Shown: one piece after another, positions 1 through 10,418 of the stretch | How positions within the stretch are numbered: position 1 is the first letter of the stretch | Layout: each line of letters opens with the position of its first letter | Origin: Candidatus Oxydemutatoraceae bacterium | GTDB lineage: Bacteria > Pseudomonadota > Gammaproteobacteria > Poriferisulfidales > Oxydemutatoraceae | NCBI GenBank assembly: GCA_965219575.1 | Contig: OZ244779.1 | Coordinates: forward strand, 2,092,769-2,156,768 | Direction of reading: 5' to 3' | DNA: 64,000 bases | Notes under the pieces: model-generated | Told to the model about the DNA's origin: nothing | The model's database searches: none | Seen by the model: only the letters and a program-made list of their open reading frames with translations | Program-made: the position numbers and the translations under genes

Positions 1-602
1 AACTGCTTAACCCCCATCTTATCTCGGGTCTGCCTCCCTTGCTCCGCCGTTGTTATGGTCAGTTGTTCGTCGTCTTCGAGCGCAACGAATACACCTTGAA
101 GTTCGTTATTCCGTATTCGCTCTACAAACAGCACACCTTGATCTATACGACTGATAGAACCATCCTTGATTATACTTAAATCGGTTCGTTGGCGAGCCTC
201 TTGTTTAATGAAATCGATGTGCTGCTGTATCATAGGCACTATCTCAAGTATCAGATAAAACAATAATGCGCTCAGCGGCACTACGAACCGTAGTAGTACC
301 CGATAAATATCGGACTTGCTAATACAAATCGTGTAAGCCGCATAGATTTCGTTATTTTGGTATAGATTTCCGAGCGCAAGAATAATTGCGAGCAATGCAC
401 AAAAAGGAAGTAAATGAATCATCGTATCGGCAAGCCCTAAAGCTAGAAGCACCGATACGATGTCGGCGGGATAAGAACCTTGCGCAGCTTTAGAAGACAA
501 TTCAATCAGCAAACGCCCTCCGATAATCAATGCCAAAATGAAAATAACCAAGAATAGACTTTTGAGCAGATTGCGAAATAGATAGTATTCAAAAACTTTC
601 AT
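1..602 (-). CDS. lptF: LPS export ABC transporter permease LptF (5' part; runs off window)
   Basis: Hand translation from ATG at 602: MKVFEYYLFRNLLKSLFLVIFILALIIGG...LLPFCALLAIILALGNLYQNNEIYA; divergent from pepA as in the usual lptF/pepA arrangement. Confidence 0.85.
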   Translation of the reverse strand, partial: MKVFEYYLFRNLLKSLFLVIFILALIIGGRLLIELSSKAAQGSYPADIVSVLLALGLADTMIHLLPFCALLAIILALGNLYQNNEIYAAYTICISKSDIYRVLLRFVVPLSALLFYLILEIVPMIQQHIDFIKQEARQRTDLSIIKDGSISRIDQGVLFVERIRNNELQGVFVALEDDEQLTITTAEQGRQTRDKMGVKQ

Positions 603-676
603 CGCAAATTACTACAAAGCCTATGCGGTTATCGGGTAAAATAGTCGGAATGTCAATCAACATAGAGAGGTCAAAA

Positions 677-2161
677 ATGCAAATTATTACTAATTCTAAA
701 GATATTAGCAAATTATATAGTCAGTGTACTGTTATACCACTTTTTGAGAAAAGTAAATCCAAAGTATACGCCCAAGTAGACGAGGTGAGCGAAGGCTTTC
801 TGAAAAAAACCGTAGCGCATACGGCTTTTGTGCCGAAGTTCAAAAAACAGCTGGTCGTGCATGCACCCCAGACCCGGCACAAAACGATTATTTTAGTGGG
901 ATTGGGAACCAAAGCTAAATTCAATCAACATCGCTTTAACCAAATCGCTTCGAGTGTCGCCGAACAAATCGTTAAACTTAATCTCAAATCGGTTTTATAT
1001 TGCTTACCCGAAATATCTAGCGGCAGTCTTAACCACGCATGGTGCTTGCGCCAGTCGGCAATCGCACTGCAGCGAGCCTGCTATCGCTATACCGCAACAC
1101 GAAATTCCGACAAAGATAAAAAAATCAATCTGGAAAGTTGTACCTTTCAAGTCGCCGAGGAAAATACCGAAACGAAGCAAGCGGTCAAAGAAGCCGATGC
1201 CATAGCGCACGGTATAAACATCGCTCGTGAGCTGGGTAATCTACCACCGAATACCTGCACTCCCGCCTACATAGTGCAACAAGCGAAAAAGCTGGTGCGT
1301 AGTTCAAAAAAACTGCATCTGCATGTTTTACAGGAAAAAGATATGGCGAGTATGGGAATGGGCGCGTTTTTATCGGTTAGCAAAGGAAGTATCGAGCCCG
1401 GCTATATCGCCTGCATAGAGTATCGTGGTGCCGCCAAGAGTAAGGCACCCGTCGCCATCGTAGGCAAAGGAATCACTTTTGATACCGGGGGTATCTCCAT
1501 CAAGCCGAGTTCTGCGATGGACGAGATGAAGTTTGATATGAGCGGTGCCGGCAGTGTTTTGGGCACGATGGCTTTTTGCGTACGCTTGGGCTTGCCGATC
1601 AATGTCGTCGGCGTACTCGCATGTGCGGAGAATATGCCGGGTGGCAAGGCGAGCAAACCCGGCGACATAGTCAAAACGATGTCCGGACAAACCGTAGAGA
1701 TTCTGAACACCGATGCCGAAGGCAGATTGGTGTTATGCGATGCCTTGACCTATGTGCAACGCTATAAACCCGAATGTATCATAGATATCGCCACACTCAC
1801 CGGAGCTTGTGTCGTTGCTCTGGGACAAGTAACAAGCGGCCTGATGGCGAACGACCAAGCCCTTGCCGATAAGTTAATCGAAGCAGGCAAGGAATCGGGA
1901 GATTCTACTTGGCAACTCCCGATGTGGGATGAATACCAACCTCAACTCGATAGCAATTTTGCCGATATGGCAAATATAGGCGGACGATGGGCAGGGACGA
2001 TTACCGCAGCGTGCTTTTTGTCGCGCTTTACCAAAGAGCAGCGATGGGCACACTTGGATGTTGCCGGTGTAGCATGGTCCACAGGTTCAAAAAAAGGGTC
2101 AACCGGTCGTCCGGTGCCGCTACTTACCCAGTTTTTAATTTCCCATAGCAAATCCGGCTAA
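677..2161 (+). CDS. pepA: Leucyl aminopeptidase (M17)
   Basis: VGKGITFDTGG, MKFDMSGA and NTDAEGRL motifs; start placed at ATG 677 behind GAGAGG. Confidence 0.95.
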   Translation: MQIITNSKDISKLYSQCTVIPLFEKSKSKVYAQVDEVSEGFLKKTVAHTAFVPKFKKQLVVHAPQTRHKTIILVGLGTKAKFNQHRFNQIASSVAEQIVKLNLKSVLYCLPEISSGSLNHAWCLRQSAIALQRACYRYTATRNSDKDKKINLESCTFQVAEENTETKQAVKEADAIAHGINIARELGNLPPNTCTPAYIVQQAKKLVRSSKKLHLHVLQEKDMASMGMGAFLSVSKGSIEPGYIACIEYRGAAKSKAPVAIVGKGITFDTGGISIKPSSAMDEMKFDMSGAGSVLGTMAFCVRLGLPINVVGVLACAENMPGGKASKPGDIVKTMSGQTVEILNTDAEGRLVLCDALTYVQRYKPECIIDIATLTGACVVALGQVTSGLMANDQALADKLIEAGKESGDSTWQLPMWDEYQPQLDSNFADMANIGGRWAGTITAACFLSRFTKEQRWAHLDVAGVAWSTGSKKGSTGRPVPLLTQFLISHSKSG

Positions 2162-2180
2162 TCTCAAAGTTGGAATGTCA

Positions 2181-2829
2181 CGGCTAAAAAAGTATTTCAT
2201 GCGCCGTAGGGCGGACCATTCCCCTCCTGTGGAGGGGTGGCAGGCGTGACATTGTGCAGAACCCTAGCATATATGCAGAATGTAAAGTCTTTCCATGGGG
2301 TGGTTGTGTCGTGGGACCGTTGAAAAAATATTTCATACAATGTAGGGGCGGACATCAAAATTGCCGATTGACCTACTGGCTCAATCGGCGGCTCTGTTCT
2401 GCCCGTAACGCGTTACATCTGTACGATTTATACATTCATCCACCCGATTTATGGAAACCAAAACCATACGGCGCAAGCGGTTAAGTTTGTGCAGGACGGT
2501 ACTTTAGGGCAGACACACAGGTCTGCCCCTACGGCTTGGTGGTTATTATAAATTCACGGCGCAAGCGGTTACAGTTTTGCAGAACAGTATTTTTTCAACA
2601 GTTCCGTCGTATCTGCACTATTTTATTCTCATTCACCCGATTTATGGAAACCAAAACCATACGGCGCAAGCGGTTGGCATCGTGCAGAACGGCATTTAAA
2701 GGCAGACATAGTAGGGGCGGACTTGCATGTCCGCCCGCCCCTACATTTCGTAATTTACATCGTGGTTCTACACAATGTTACGCCGATTGACCTACCGGAG
2801 TAATCGACAGTTCTATTTTTCAACAGCCC
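2181..2829. repeat. Composite intergenic repeat mosaic A (MITE/REP-like modules)
   Basis: Contains CCCCTCC..GGAGGGG, TTGTGCAGAACC, GTTGAAAAA...TTTTTCAACAG ends, GTAGGGGCGGAC REPs, GCCGATTGACCTAC hairpins and two copies of TTTATGGAAACCAAAACCATACGGCGCAAGCGGTT. Confidence 0.9.
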
Positions 2830-2844
2830 TATGTCCACAATCGT

Positions 2845-5679
2845 ATGGAAAAAACATATAACCCACAACAAATTGAACAACACTGGTACCGACAATGGGA
2901 AGCATCGGGTATCTTTGAACCGCAAGGCGACGGTGAAAGCTACTGCATCATGATACCGCCGCCCAATGTAACCGGTGTGTTGCATATGGGGCATGCATTC
3001 CAAATCAGCCTGATGGACAACCTCGTACGCTATCACCGCATGCTGGGCAAAAAAGTATTGTGGCAAGTCGGCACCGACCACGCCGGTATCGCCACCCAAA
3101 TGGTCGTAGAACGGAGACTGGAAAACCTGGGCATCAAGCGCAACGAATTAAAACGCGAAGAATTCATCGCAAAGGTGTGGGAATGGAAACGCGAATCCGG
3201 TAACCAAATCACCCGACAACTCAGAAGACTCGGGGCCTCCCCCGATTGGTCGAGAGAATGTTTTACGATGGACGAAAACTTATCGCATGCGGTTCGCGAA
3301 GCCTTCATAATCCTTTACCAAAACGGTCTAATTTACAAAGGGAAACGCTTGGTAAACTGGGATCCGGTGCTACAAACCGCGGTTTCCGACCTTGAAGTTG
3401 TCACCGAAGAGGAGGCGGGAAAGCTCTGGTATCTAAAATACCCGCTGAGTGAGCCTGTCGATAAAAATGACCATGTCATCGTTGCTACCACTCGCCCGGA
3501 AACCATGCTGGGTGATATGGCGGTTGCCGTCAATCCCGAAGACCCACGTTATCGCCACTTGATCGGGCAGCGCATCAATCTACCGTTAACATTGCGCAAG
3601 ATTCCGATTGTCGCCGATACACATGTAGACCCGGAGTTCGGATCGGGCTGTGTAAAAATCACCCCGGCGCACGATTTCAACGACTACGAAATAGGCAAAA
3701 GACACGGACTGCATAGGTCTTCGGATCCGAATATCATAGAAACCGGCGACGAACAAAACTTCGATGCAATCAACATCTTCGACAAACGAGCTTATCTGAA
3801 CGACCAGGTGCCCGAGGCGTATCAAGGATTAGAACGCTACGACGGGCGCACCAGAGTCCTTGCCGACCTTGAGCAACTAAACTTACTCTCGCAAGTAAAG
3901 GACTATCGTATGCACATACCGCGCGGCGATCGTAGCCATAGCGTCATTGAACCGTTGTTGACCGAACAGTGGTTTGCGCGCACCGATAGCATGGCACAAG
4001 CTGCCGTTGTAGCGGTGCAAACAAAGAAGATACGATTTATCCCCGAGCGGTGGCAACAAACCTATTTCTCGTGGCTGGAACAAATACAAGATTGGTGTAT
4101 CAGTCGCCAACTCTGGTGGGGGCATCGTATTCCGGTTTGGTACGACGACCACGGTTCTATCTATGTAGGACACTCGGAGGCGGATGTACGCAAACGCTAT
4201 AACTTAAAAGCCGAATTGACACTAAAGCAAGACGAAGATGTATTGGATACTTGGTTCTCATCCGCCCTATGGCCGTTCTCCACCTTAGGGTGGCCGTACA
4301 AAAACTCCGAACTCAAACACTATTTTCCGACCGATATATTGGTCACCGGCTTTGATATTATTTTCTTTTGGGTCGCACGCATGGTCATGGCAAGCATAGA
4401 ACTCACCGAACAGGTACCCTTCAAAGAAGTGTATGTTCACGGGCTGGTTAGAGATGCCAAAGGGCAGAAGATGTCTAAATCCAAAGGCAATATATTAGAT
4501 CCCATTGACCTGATAGCAGGTATTTCATTGGACGAATTGATTAGCAAGCGCACCGCCAACTTGATGCAGCCCAAGCTCGCCGGTCAGATAGAACGGGATA
4601 CCAAAAAGCAATACCCGCAAGGCATCAAGGCATACGGCACCGACGCGTTGCGCTTTATGTTTACTGCGATGGCATCGACCGGGCGAGATATTAGGTTTGA
4701 TACCAAACGTCTGGAAGGCTACCGCAACTTCTGCAATAAGCTCTGGAACGCAGCACGGTTTACGACCATGCTTTGCGAAAACACAACTCCGAATCCGAAC
4801 ACACGCGATGCCTATCGTTTTGAGCAATACTCGGAACCGGACCGATGGATACAAATACGCCTAGGGCGAACATTACAAAAGATTAAGCAACACTATAAAA
4901 CTTGCCGTTTTGATTTAATAGCCTCGCTACTATACGAGTTTGTGTGGCACGATTTTTGCGATTGGTATTTAGAAATAGTCAAACTGATGCAAGCAGGCGG
5001 TGCGAAACCCGAAATCAAAGAGAGCAACCTTGCTTGTCTGATTACGACGCTCAACCATATACTCAAAGCACTACATCCGATTGTTCCCTTTATCACCGAA
5101 GAAATATGGCATCAGATCAAACCATTGACCGGCGATACCGGCGACAGTATACAAACGCAAAGCTATCCCGAATTACCGAATTATCAAGACGAATCGGCGG
5201 AGCAAACCATAACTTTGCTACAAAGCTATGTAAGCTCTATACGCCAAATACGCTCCGAGATGAATATCTCACCGGCGATCAAAGTGCCGGTTCTAATACA
5301 AGGATATAGCGAACGCGATCGTTTGCTTTTTGAACAATACGGAGAAATCATCAACGCGCTAGCAAAAATAACCGCCGTAGAATATCTAGACGACACCGCA
5401 CAACCGCCACCCAGTGCGACAATGCTCGTCAATGAAGTCAAAGTGCTAATCCCCATAGAAGGATTAATCGATGTTGAAGCGGAACAAAAGCGATTGAAAA
5501 ACGAAAGCGTAAAAATTTCTCAATCAATAGCGAAATTACAAGCGCGAATTAACGATCGGAACTTTATCAACAACGCGCCCCCCGATGTCGTCGGGAAACA
5601 AAAAGAAACCTTGCAAACGATGAAAGTGCAATTAGAAAAATATAATGCGCAACTCGCCTCGTTAGAGGATAATAACTAA
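2845..5679 (+). CDS. valS: Valine--tRNA ligase
   Basis: PPPNVTG.LHMGH, DWCISRQLWWGH and KMSKS motifs; C-terminal coiled coil. Confidence 0.98.
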   Translation: MEKTYNPQQIEQHWYRQWEASGIFEPQGDGESYCIMIPPPNVTGVLHMGHAFQISLMDNLVRYHRMLGKKVLWQVGTDHAGIATQMVVERRLENLGIKRNELKREEFIAKVWEWKRESGNQITRQLRRLGASPDWSRECFTMDENLSHAVREAFIILYQNGLIYKGKRLVNWDPVLQTAVSDLEVVTEEEAGKLWYLKYPLSEPVDKNDHVIVATTRPETMLGDMAVAVNPEDPRYRHLIGQRINLPLTLRKIPIVADTHVDPEFGSGCVKITPAHDFNDYEIGKRHGLHRSSDPNIIETGDEQNFDAINIFDKRAYLNDQVPEAYQGLERYDGRTRVLADLEQLNLLSQVKDYRMHIPRGDRSHSVIEPLLTEQWFARTDSMAQAAVVAVQTKKIRFIPERWQQTYFSWLEQIQDWCISRQLWWGHRIPVWYDDHGSIYVGHSEADVRKRYNLKAELTLKQDEDVLDTWFSSALWPFSTLGWPYKNSELKHYFPTDILVTGFDIIFFWVARMVMASIELTEQVPFKEVYVHGLVRDAKGQKMSKSKGNILDPIDLIAGISLDELISKRTANLMQPKLAGQIERDTKKQYPQGIKAYGTDALRFMFTAMASTGRDIRFDTKRLEGYRNFCNKLWNAARFTTMLCENTTPNPNTRDAYRFEQYSEPDRWIQIRLGRTLQKIKQHYKTCRFDLIASLLYEFVWHDFCDWYLEIVKLMQAGGAKPEIKESNLACLITTLNHILKALHPIVPFITEEIWHQIKPLTGDTGDSIQTQSYPELPNYQDESAEQTITLLQSYVSSIRQIRSEMNISPAIKVPVLIQGYSERDRLLFEQYGEIINALAKITAVEYLDDTAQPPPSATMLVNEVKVLIPIEGLIDVEAEQKRLKNESVKISQSIAKLQARINDRNFINNAPPDVVGKQKETLQTMKVQLEKYNAQLASLEDNN

Positions 5680-5731
5680 CATCAATATCAAGGATTATAT
5701 GCAAAAATCTGCAAACAGATTTCAATGCAAA

Positions 5732-5989
5732 TTAGTCTTTGTCTTTCTTTTTGAGGCGGTCCTTAAAATCCCAGACAGCATTTAGAAATCTCATCCCTAT
5801 CCATCCGGCGGATAAAACCATAATAATGATGCCCAGAATATAAACTAGAGGATCTTCGGCTGCAAAGCCTGTAATTGATATCGCCATACCGATAGCTCCG
5901 ATGATGATTGCGACCAGTATTTCAACTGCGTCACTACCAGCCTTTAATCGTTTCTGCCTATGATCGGCAGCAAAATCTATATCACTCAT
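5732..5989 (-). CDS. Small hypothetical membrane protein (two predicted TM helices)
   Basis: ATG at 5989 preceded by GGGAG; MSDIDFAADH..., two hydrophobic stretches and a basic C-terminus; the longer ORF-track start overlaps ygfZ. Confidence 0.6.
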   Translation of the reverse strand: MSDIDFAADHRQKRLKAGSDAVEILVAIIIGAIGMAISITGFAAEDPLVYILGIIIMVLSAGWIGMRFLNAVWDFKDRLKKKDKD

Positions 5990-6035
5990 ATAGCTCCCAT
6001 CTGTTATACTGAAACTACGGATAATATACCACAAA

Positions 6036-6980
6036 ATGTTTAATAATCCCGAATTAAAAACACCCGACCGTTCGTGGCTACAAAACCTGCCTAAAACAAT
6101 TTGTCTCTTAGACCGATTAGGGTTACTGCGCGTCGGCGGCGCGGAAGCAGAGGAATTTTTGAGCAAACTAGTCAGCTGCAAACTGGAATCGCAAAAGAAA
6201 CATGCTCAGCTGTGCTCGCTGTGCAATCCCAAAGGGCGCATCCTCGCCTGTTTTAACGTTTTTTACCGAGACGACGCTATCTACCTACAAATGCCATCCG
6301 AGTTGGTGGAACCTACAATTCAACGCCTCAAGATGTATGTATTAACATCGAAGGTTGAACTCGCCGATGTCGGGAACGATTTATCGGGCATAGGCTATAT
6401 CGGTTTCATTCCCCCGAAAGTAGCGGATAGCGATACGATATTGCAAGCACCGGGGCATCTGCCTCGTTATTTCATTTATGTAAGTACCGACCGAATACGA
6501 GCGGCGTGGCAACGCGGGTTGGATGACGGCTATGCACCTGCCTCGTACGACGCATGGCACTACGCAAGTATCGCTTGCGGAATACCGAACATCTATCCGC
6601 CGACAATCGAAAAACTGACACCACAAATGGTCAACCTAGACCTGATAGACGCAGTGAGTTTCTCCAAAGGATGTTATCCCGGGCAAGAAGTCATTGCACG
6701 CACGCACTATCTAGGAAAGATAAAACGCCGCTGTTATTTGTTTTCCGTTGCAAGCGACACTATAAAAATCGGAGACCCCGTCTATCATCCCGATTACGAC
6801 GAAGCCTGTGGGTTGGTGGTAGACAGTTATGCAACAACCTCCAATTATTCCCTTGCCCTTATCAGCGTACAAGTTAAAACCTTAACCCCTCCCCGACTCT
6901 ATATCAAAACCCAAGACGATCAAACCATCGCACTGCAAACGGAAGAGATGCCCTACTCCGTTGATACCGAAACAAAGTAA
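6036..6980 (+). CDS. ygfZ: Folate-binding Fe-S cluster repair protein YgfZ
   Basis: Signature SFSKGCYPGQE. Confidence 0.9.
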   Translation: MFNNPELKTPDRSWLQNLPKTICLLDRLGLLRVGGAEAEEFLSKLVSCKLESQKKHAQLCSLCNPKGRILACFNVFYRDDAIYLQMPSELVEPTIQRLKMYVLTSKVELADVGNDLSGIGYIGFIPPKVADSDTILQAPGHLPRYFIYVSTDRIRAAWQRGLDDGYAPASYDAWHYASIACGIPNIYPPTIEKLTPQMVNLDLIDAVSFSKGCYPGQEVIARTHYLGKIKRRCYLFSVASDTIKIGDPVYHPDYDEACGLVVDSYATTSNYSLALISVQVKTLTPPRLYIKTQDDQTIALQTEEMPYSVDTETK

Positions 6981-6982
6981 TG

Positions 6983-7279
6983 CCGTTTGTCTACCGCTAA
7001 CACAATCGGCGGTTCTATTCTTCCCGTAACACGTTGCTCTCGCATAATCAATACATTCATCCATTTGATCTATGGAAACCATGATTGGGGGATGTGGCAG
7101 TTGAGTTTGTTCGGATACGACGGGGCTGTTGAAAAAGTGCGGACATCGCACAACATCAACCGCTTGCGCCATTTGGTTTTGGTTTCCATAAATTGGATGG
7201 CATACGATTTTATTTATGCTGACACGACGCGTATTCGGGCGGACATACAAGTCCGCCCCTACAAGCTTAATCGGCGGTA
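6983..7279. repeat. Composite intergenic repeat mosaic B
   Basis: GGGGCTGTTGAAAAAGTGCGG end, reverse-complement GGAAACCAAAACC module, GGGCGGACATACAAGTCCGCCCCTAC REP, partial AATCGGCGG hairpin arms. Confidence 0.85.
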
Positions 7280-7288
7280 GCATTTGGA

Positions 7289-7294
7289 TATAAT
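7289..7294 (+). promoter_or_regulatory. Candidate sigma70 -10 for rpsP operon
   Basis: Perfect TATAAT about 48 bp upstream of the rpsP ATG; -35 weak. Confidence 0.5.
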
Positions 7295-7341
7295 CCCAAA
7301 ATAGATTAGAATAGCCCTTTTTTATTTGCTATGGAACGTAC

Positions 7342-7902
7342 ATGATAGTTGTAAGACTTGCCAGAGGGGGTGCGAAAAAGCATCCGTTTTATCATATTGT
7401 AGTAACCGACTCGAGGCGGCGGCGCGATAGCGGCTACTTGGAAAGACTCGGTTATTTCAATCCTTTTGCCGTTAAAGACGAAATCCCGGTGCTACTCAAC
7501 CGAGACCGATTTGATTATTGGATATCCAAAGGTGCCAAATCGTCGCCTCGGGTCTCCTCTATTGTCTCAAAGTTGGAAAAAGGGAAATTTGCTATAAAAG
7601 AAAAAGTTCAAAAAACCGATGACGACATAACAAAACCCGCTAAAGCGACTGCGACCGAAAACAAACCGTCTCCGGAAACAGAAGCGACCGCAAAGGTTGA
7701 ACAACCTTCGGAGGAATCAAAACCGGAAACACAAGCAAAATTAGAATTGGAAGATAAACCGGAAAGCACACAGGAAGAAAAGCCGGCAACCTCTCCCGAA
7801 GCAGAAGCTAAGCGCGAGGATGTCAGCGATGTGCTCAATGCAGAAACACCGGCACAAACACCTGAGCCACCCGAAGCAGATAAAGAAGCCAACAATAAGT
7901 AA
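7342..7902 (+). CDS. rpsP: 30S ribosomal protein S16 with long acidic C-terminal extension
   Basis: MIVVRLARGGAKKHPFYHIVVTDSR..RD core, then about 100 aa rich in E/K/P/A/T. Confidence 0.95.
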   Translation: MIVVRLARGGAKKHPFYHIVVTDSRRRRDSGYLERLGYFNPFAVKDEIPVLLNRDRFDYWISKGAKSSPRVSSIVSKLEKGKFAIKEKVQKTDDDITKPAKATATENKPSPETEATAKVEQPSEESKPETQAKLELEDKPESTQEEKPATSPEAEAKREDVSDVLNAETPAQTPEPPEADKEANNK

Positions 7903-7991
7903 CAACGGATCACCCGATTTGTCATGCCGAATACCTCGTGTCGGCGCAATAAACTAAAACCATTTGAAACTTCTCAAAAGAGCGTGATGCG

Positions 7992-8744
7992 ATGAGAATA
8001 GATACGATCTCAATTTTCCCGGAAATGTTCGGCGCATTGCAAAGCGGTGTAATCGGGCGCGCCATTCAAAACGGCACTTTGCAACTGCAAAATTGGAACC
8101 CCAGAGATTATAGCGACGATGCGCATGCAACGGTAGACGATCGTCCGTACGGCGGCGGTCCCGGCATGGTGATGATGGCAAAACCATTATGTTCGGCTTT
8201 GCGCGATGCCAAAGCACAACAACAAGGTTCGTATAAGACTATCTATATGAGTCCTCAAGGTCGCTGCCTAGATCAGCAAACTATCAACTGCTTGGCTCGA
8301 TGCGATGGTTTGGTGTTGCTTGCCGGCCGCTACGAAGGCGTTGACGAACGGTTGATAGAATTGGAAATAGACGAGGATTGGTCTATCGGCGATTATGTAA
8401 TCAGCGGCGGTGAATTGGCAATTATGGTATTGATCGATGCAATCGCACGACAGCACGAAGGCGTGTTGGGCGAACAAGAATCGGCAGCGCAAGATTCTTT
8501 TATGCACGGGCTTTTGGATTGCCCGCATTATACGCGTCCTGCCGATTTTGAGGGTTTGCAAGTGCCGAGTGTCCTACTGAGCGGCAATCATCAAGCGATA
8601 AGGCATTGGCGATTAGAACAATCGCTAATCAGAACTTTGCAAAGGCGACCCGATTTATTTAAGCAATATACCTTAAACGACGAAGAACAGGCTATAATAG
8701 ACGACTATTTAGCAAAACAAGACCATCACCGAACAGGGAATTAA
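7992..8744 (+). CDS. trmD: tRNA (guanine37-N1)-methyltransferase
   Basis: [21 protein letters not shown] and [11 protein letters not shown] motifs. Confidence 0.98.
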   Translation: MRIDTISIFPEMFGALQSGVIGRAIQNGTLQLQNWNPRDYSDDAHATVDDRPYGGGPGMVMMAKPLCSALRDAKAQQQGSYKTIYMSPQGRCLDQQTINCLARCDGLVLLAGRYEGVDERLIELEIDEDWSIGDYVISGGELAIMVLIDAIARQHEGVLGEQESAAQDSFMHGLLDCPHYTRPADFEGLQVPSVLLSGNHQAIRHWRLEQSLIRTLQRRPDLFKQYTLNDEEQAIIDDYLAKQDHHRTGN

Positions 8745-8746
8745 AA

Positions 8747-9091
8747 ATGAGCAATATCATTGAGCAATTAGAAGCGGAGCAAATCAATAAGGAATTGCCC
8801 GATTTTCAGGCCGGCGACACCGTCGTCGTTCAAGTTGAGGTTAAAGAAGGTAATCGCAAACGGCTACAGGCTTTTGAAGGCGTGGTGATAGCAAAACGCA
8901 ACCGCGGTCTCAATTCCTCTTTTACGGTCAGAAAAAACTCGCACGGCGAAGGTGTAGAAAGAGTATTCCAAACCTATAGCCCGCTTGTCAACAGTGTAAA
9001 AGTAAAACGCTACGGCAAAGTCCGACGCGCGAAGTTGTATTATTTGCGAAAATTGAGCGGCAAAGCTGCGCGCCTAAAAGAAAAAATCTAA
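8747..9091 (+). CDS. rplS: 50S ribosomal protein L19
   Basis: [29 protein letters not shown]. Confidence 0.98.
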   Translation: MSNIIEQLEAEQINKELPDFQAGDTVVVQVEVKEGNRKRLQAFEGVVIAKRNRGLNSSFTVRKNSHGEGVERVFQTYSPLVNSVKVKRYGKVRRAKLYYLRKLSGKAARLKEKI

Positions 9092-9103
9092 TCGGTGATC
9101 GAA

Positions 9104-9178
9104 GCGGGTGTCGTATAGTGGTTATTACTCCAGCTTCCCAAGCTGGTAAGGAGGGTTCGATTCCCTTCACCCGCTCCA
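9104..9178 (+). tRNA. tRNA-Gly (CCC)
   Basis: Acceptor stem GCGGGTG/CACCCGC, anticodon arm CCAGC-TTCCCAA-GCTGG, T-arm GGTTCGATTCC, encoded CCA. Confidence 0.95.
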
Positions 9179-9200
9179 TCGATGCGAGCGGCAATTCTGC

Positions 9201-10418
9201 ATGAATATCTCGACTACACAAGCGAAACGAGTTTTATCCGGCATGCGCCCAACCGGTGCATTGCACCTGGGGCATTATCACGGTGTTATAAAAAATTGGC
9301 TGGAACTGCAGCTAACCCACGATTGCTTTTTTTTTGTCGCAGACTGGCACGCACTCACGACGCATTACGACGAAACCGAACACATAGAAGACTACGCGTT
9401 ACAGATGATCATCGATTGGTTGGCGTGCGGCATCAGCCCCGGCAATGCAAAGTTGTTTATACAATCGCAAGTCCCCGAACACGCCGAATTACAACTTTTA
9501 CTTTCGATGATCACCCCGCTGTCTTGGCTGGAACGCGTGCCCAGCTATAAAGACCAGCAAGCCAAACTCGGCGACAAAGACCTGATGACCCATGGTTTCC
9601 TAGGCTATCCTTTGCTACAAGCTGCAGATATTTTGATATATAAGGCGAACTATGTGCCGGTCGGAGAAGATCAAGTCGCGCATATAGAACTCTCTCGCGA
9701 GATTGCTCGCCGTTTTAATTATATCTACGGTTGCGAAAACAACTTCAAAGAGAAAGTCGAAAACGCGATCCGGAGATTAGGCGCGAAAAATGCCGAACTC
9801 TATCTCACATTACGTCGCAAACACCAAGAAAAAGGAGACGACAGAGCACGCGACACTGCGGTCGCACTCGTTGACTCTCAGCAGAATATCTCTTACGGAG
9901 ATCGTCAGCGGCTTTACGGTTATTTAGACGGTCATTCAAAATTGATATTACCGGAACCGGAAGCCTTACTCACTCGAGCAACCAAAATTCCCGGTACCGA
10001 CGGTCAAAAAATGTCCAAGTCTTACGGCAACACGATTGCATTGAGAGAAGCCCCCGAAATGATAGAAAAAAAATTACGCACCATGCCCACCGATCCGGCA
10101 AGAAAGCGGCGCAACGACCCCGGCGAACCTACCAAATGTCCGGTATGGGAATGGCACACTATCTATTCCGATGAAAAAACCCGACAATGGGTACAAGACG
10201 GTTGCCGTAGTGCCGGCATCGGCTGCTTAGAATGTAAAAAGCCGCTGATCGAAGCGGTGCAAGCCGAAGCCGAACCCATACGCAAACGCTCCAAGGAATA
10301 CGAGGACGATAAAGCAACCGTCAAGAAAATAATCGCCGAAGAAAACGAAGCAGTTCGCGATATTGCAAACGATACGCTGGAAGAGGTAAAGCTGGCGATT
10401 AAACTAATACACCGCTAA
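9201..10418 (+). CDS. trpS: Tryptophan--tRNA ligase
   Basis: SGMRPTGALHLGHY, YPLLQAADIL, VPVGEDQ, KMSKS. Confidence 0.97.
   Translation: MNISTTQAKRVLSGMRPTGALHLGHYHGVIKNWLELQLTHDCFFFVADWHALTTHYDETEHIEDYALQMIIDWLACGISPGNAKLFIQSQVPEHAELQLLLSMITPLSWLERVPSYKDQQAKLGDKDLMTHGFLGYPLLQAADILIYKANYVPVGEDQVAHIELSREIARRFNYIYGCENNFKEKVENAIRRLGAKNAELYLTLRRKHQEKGDDRARDTAVALVDSQQNISYGDRQRLYGYLDGHSKLILPEPEALLTRATKIPGTDGQKMSKSYGNTIALREAPEMIEKKLRTMPTDPARKRRNDPGEPTKCPVWEWHTIYSDEKTRQWVQDGCRSAGIGCLECKKPLIEAVQAEAEPIRKRSKEYEDDKATVKKIIAEENEAVRDIANDTLEEVKLAIKLIHR

Noticed and set aside
2254-2790. Short ORFs in repeat regions (also 6882-7283, 26439-26762, 33279-33738, 36588-37171) sharing peptides such as HPIYGNQNQMAQ and LWKPKP
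   Set aside because: They are translations of the non-coding repeat modules in varying frames and strands, with no consistent start or RBS
2181-2829. Possible CRISPR array
   Set aside because: No constant repeat with regular unique spacers; modules vary in order and orientation; no cas genes in the window
5990-6181. Extended 5' ends given by the ORF track (this ORF; also pepA, rplF, rplN, rplV, moeB, scpB and the 25247 reductase start)
   Set aside because: They overlap neighbouring genes or lack an RBS; downstream starts fit family N-termini and RBS positions better
9104-9200. tRNA-Gly as a prophage or island integration site
   Set aside because: No integrase and no duplicated tRNA 3' end seen; housekeeping genes follow directly
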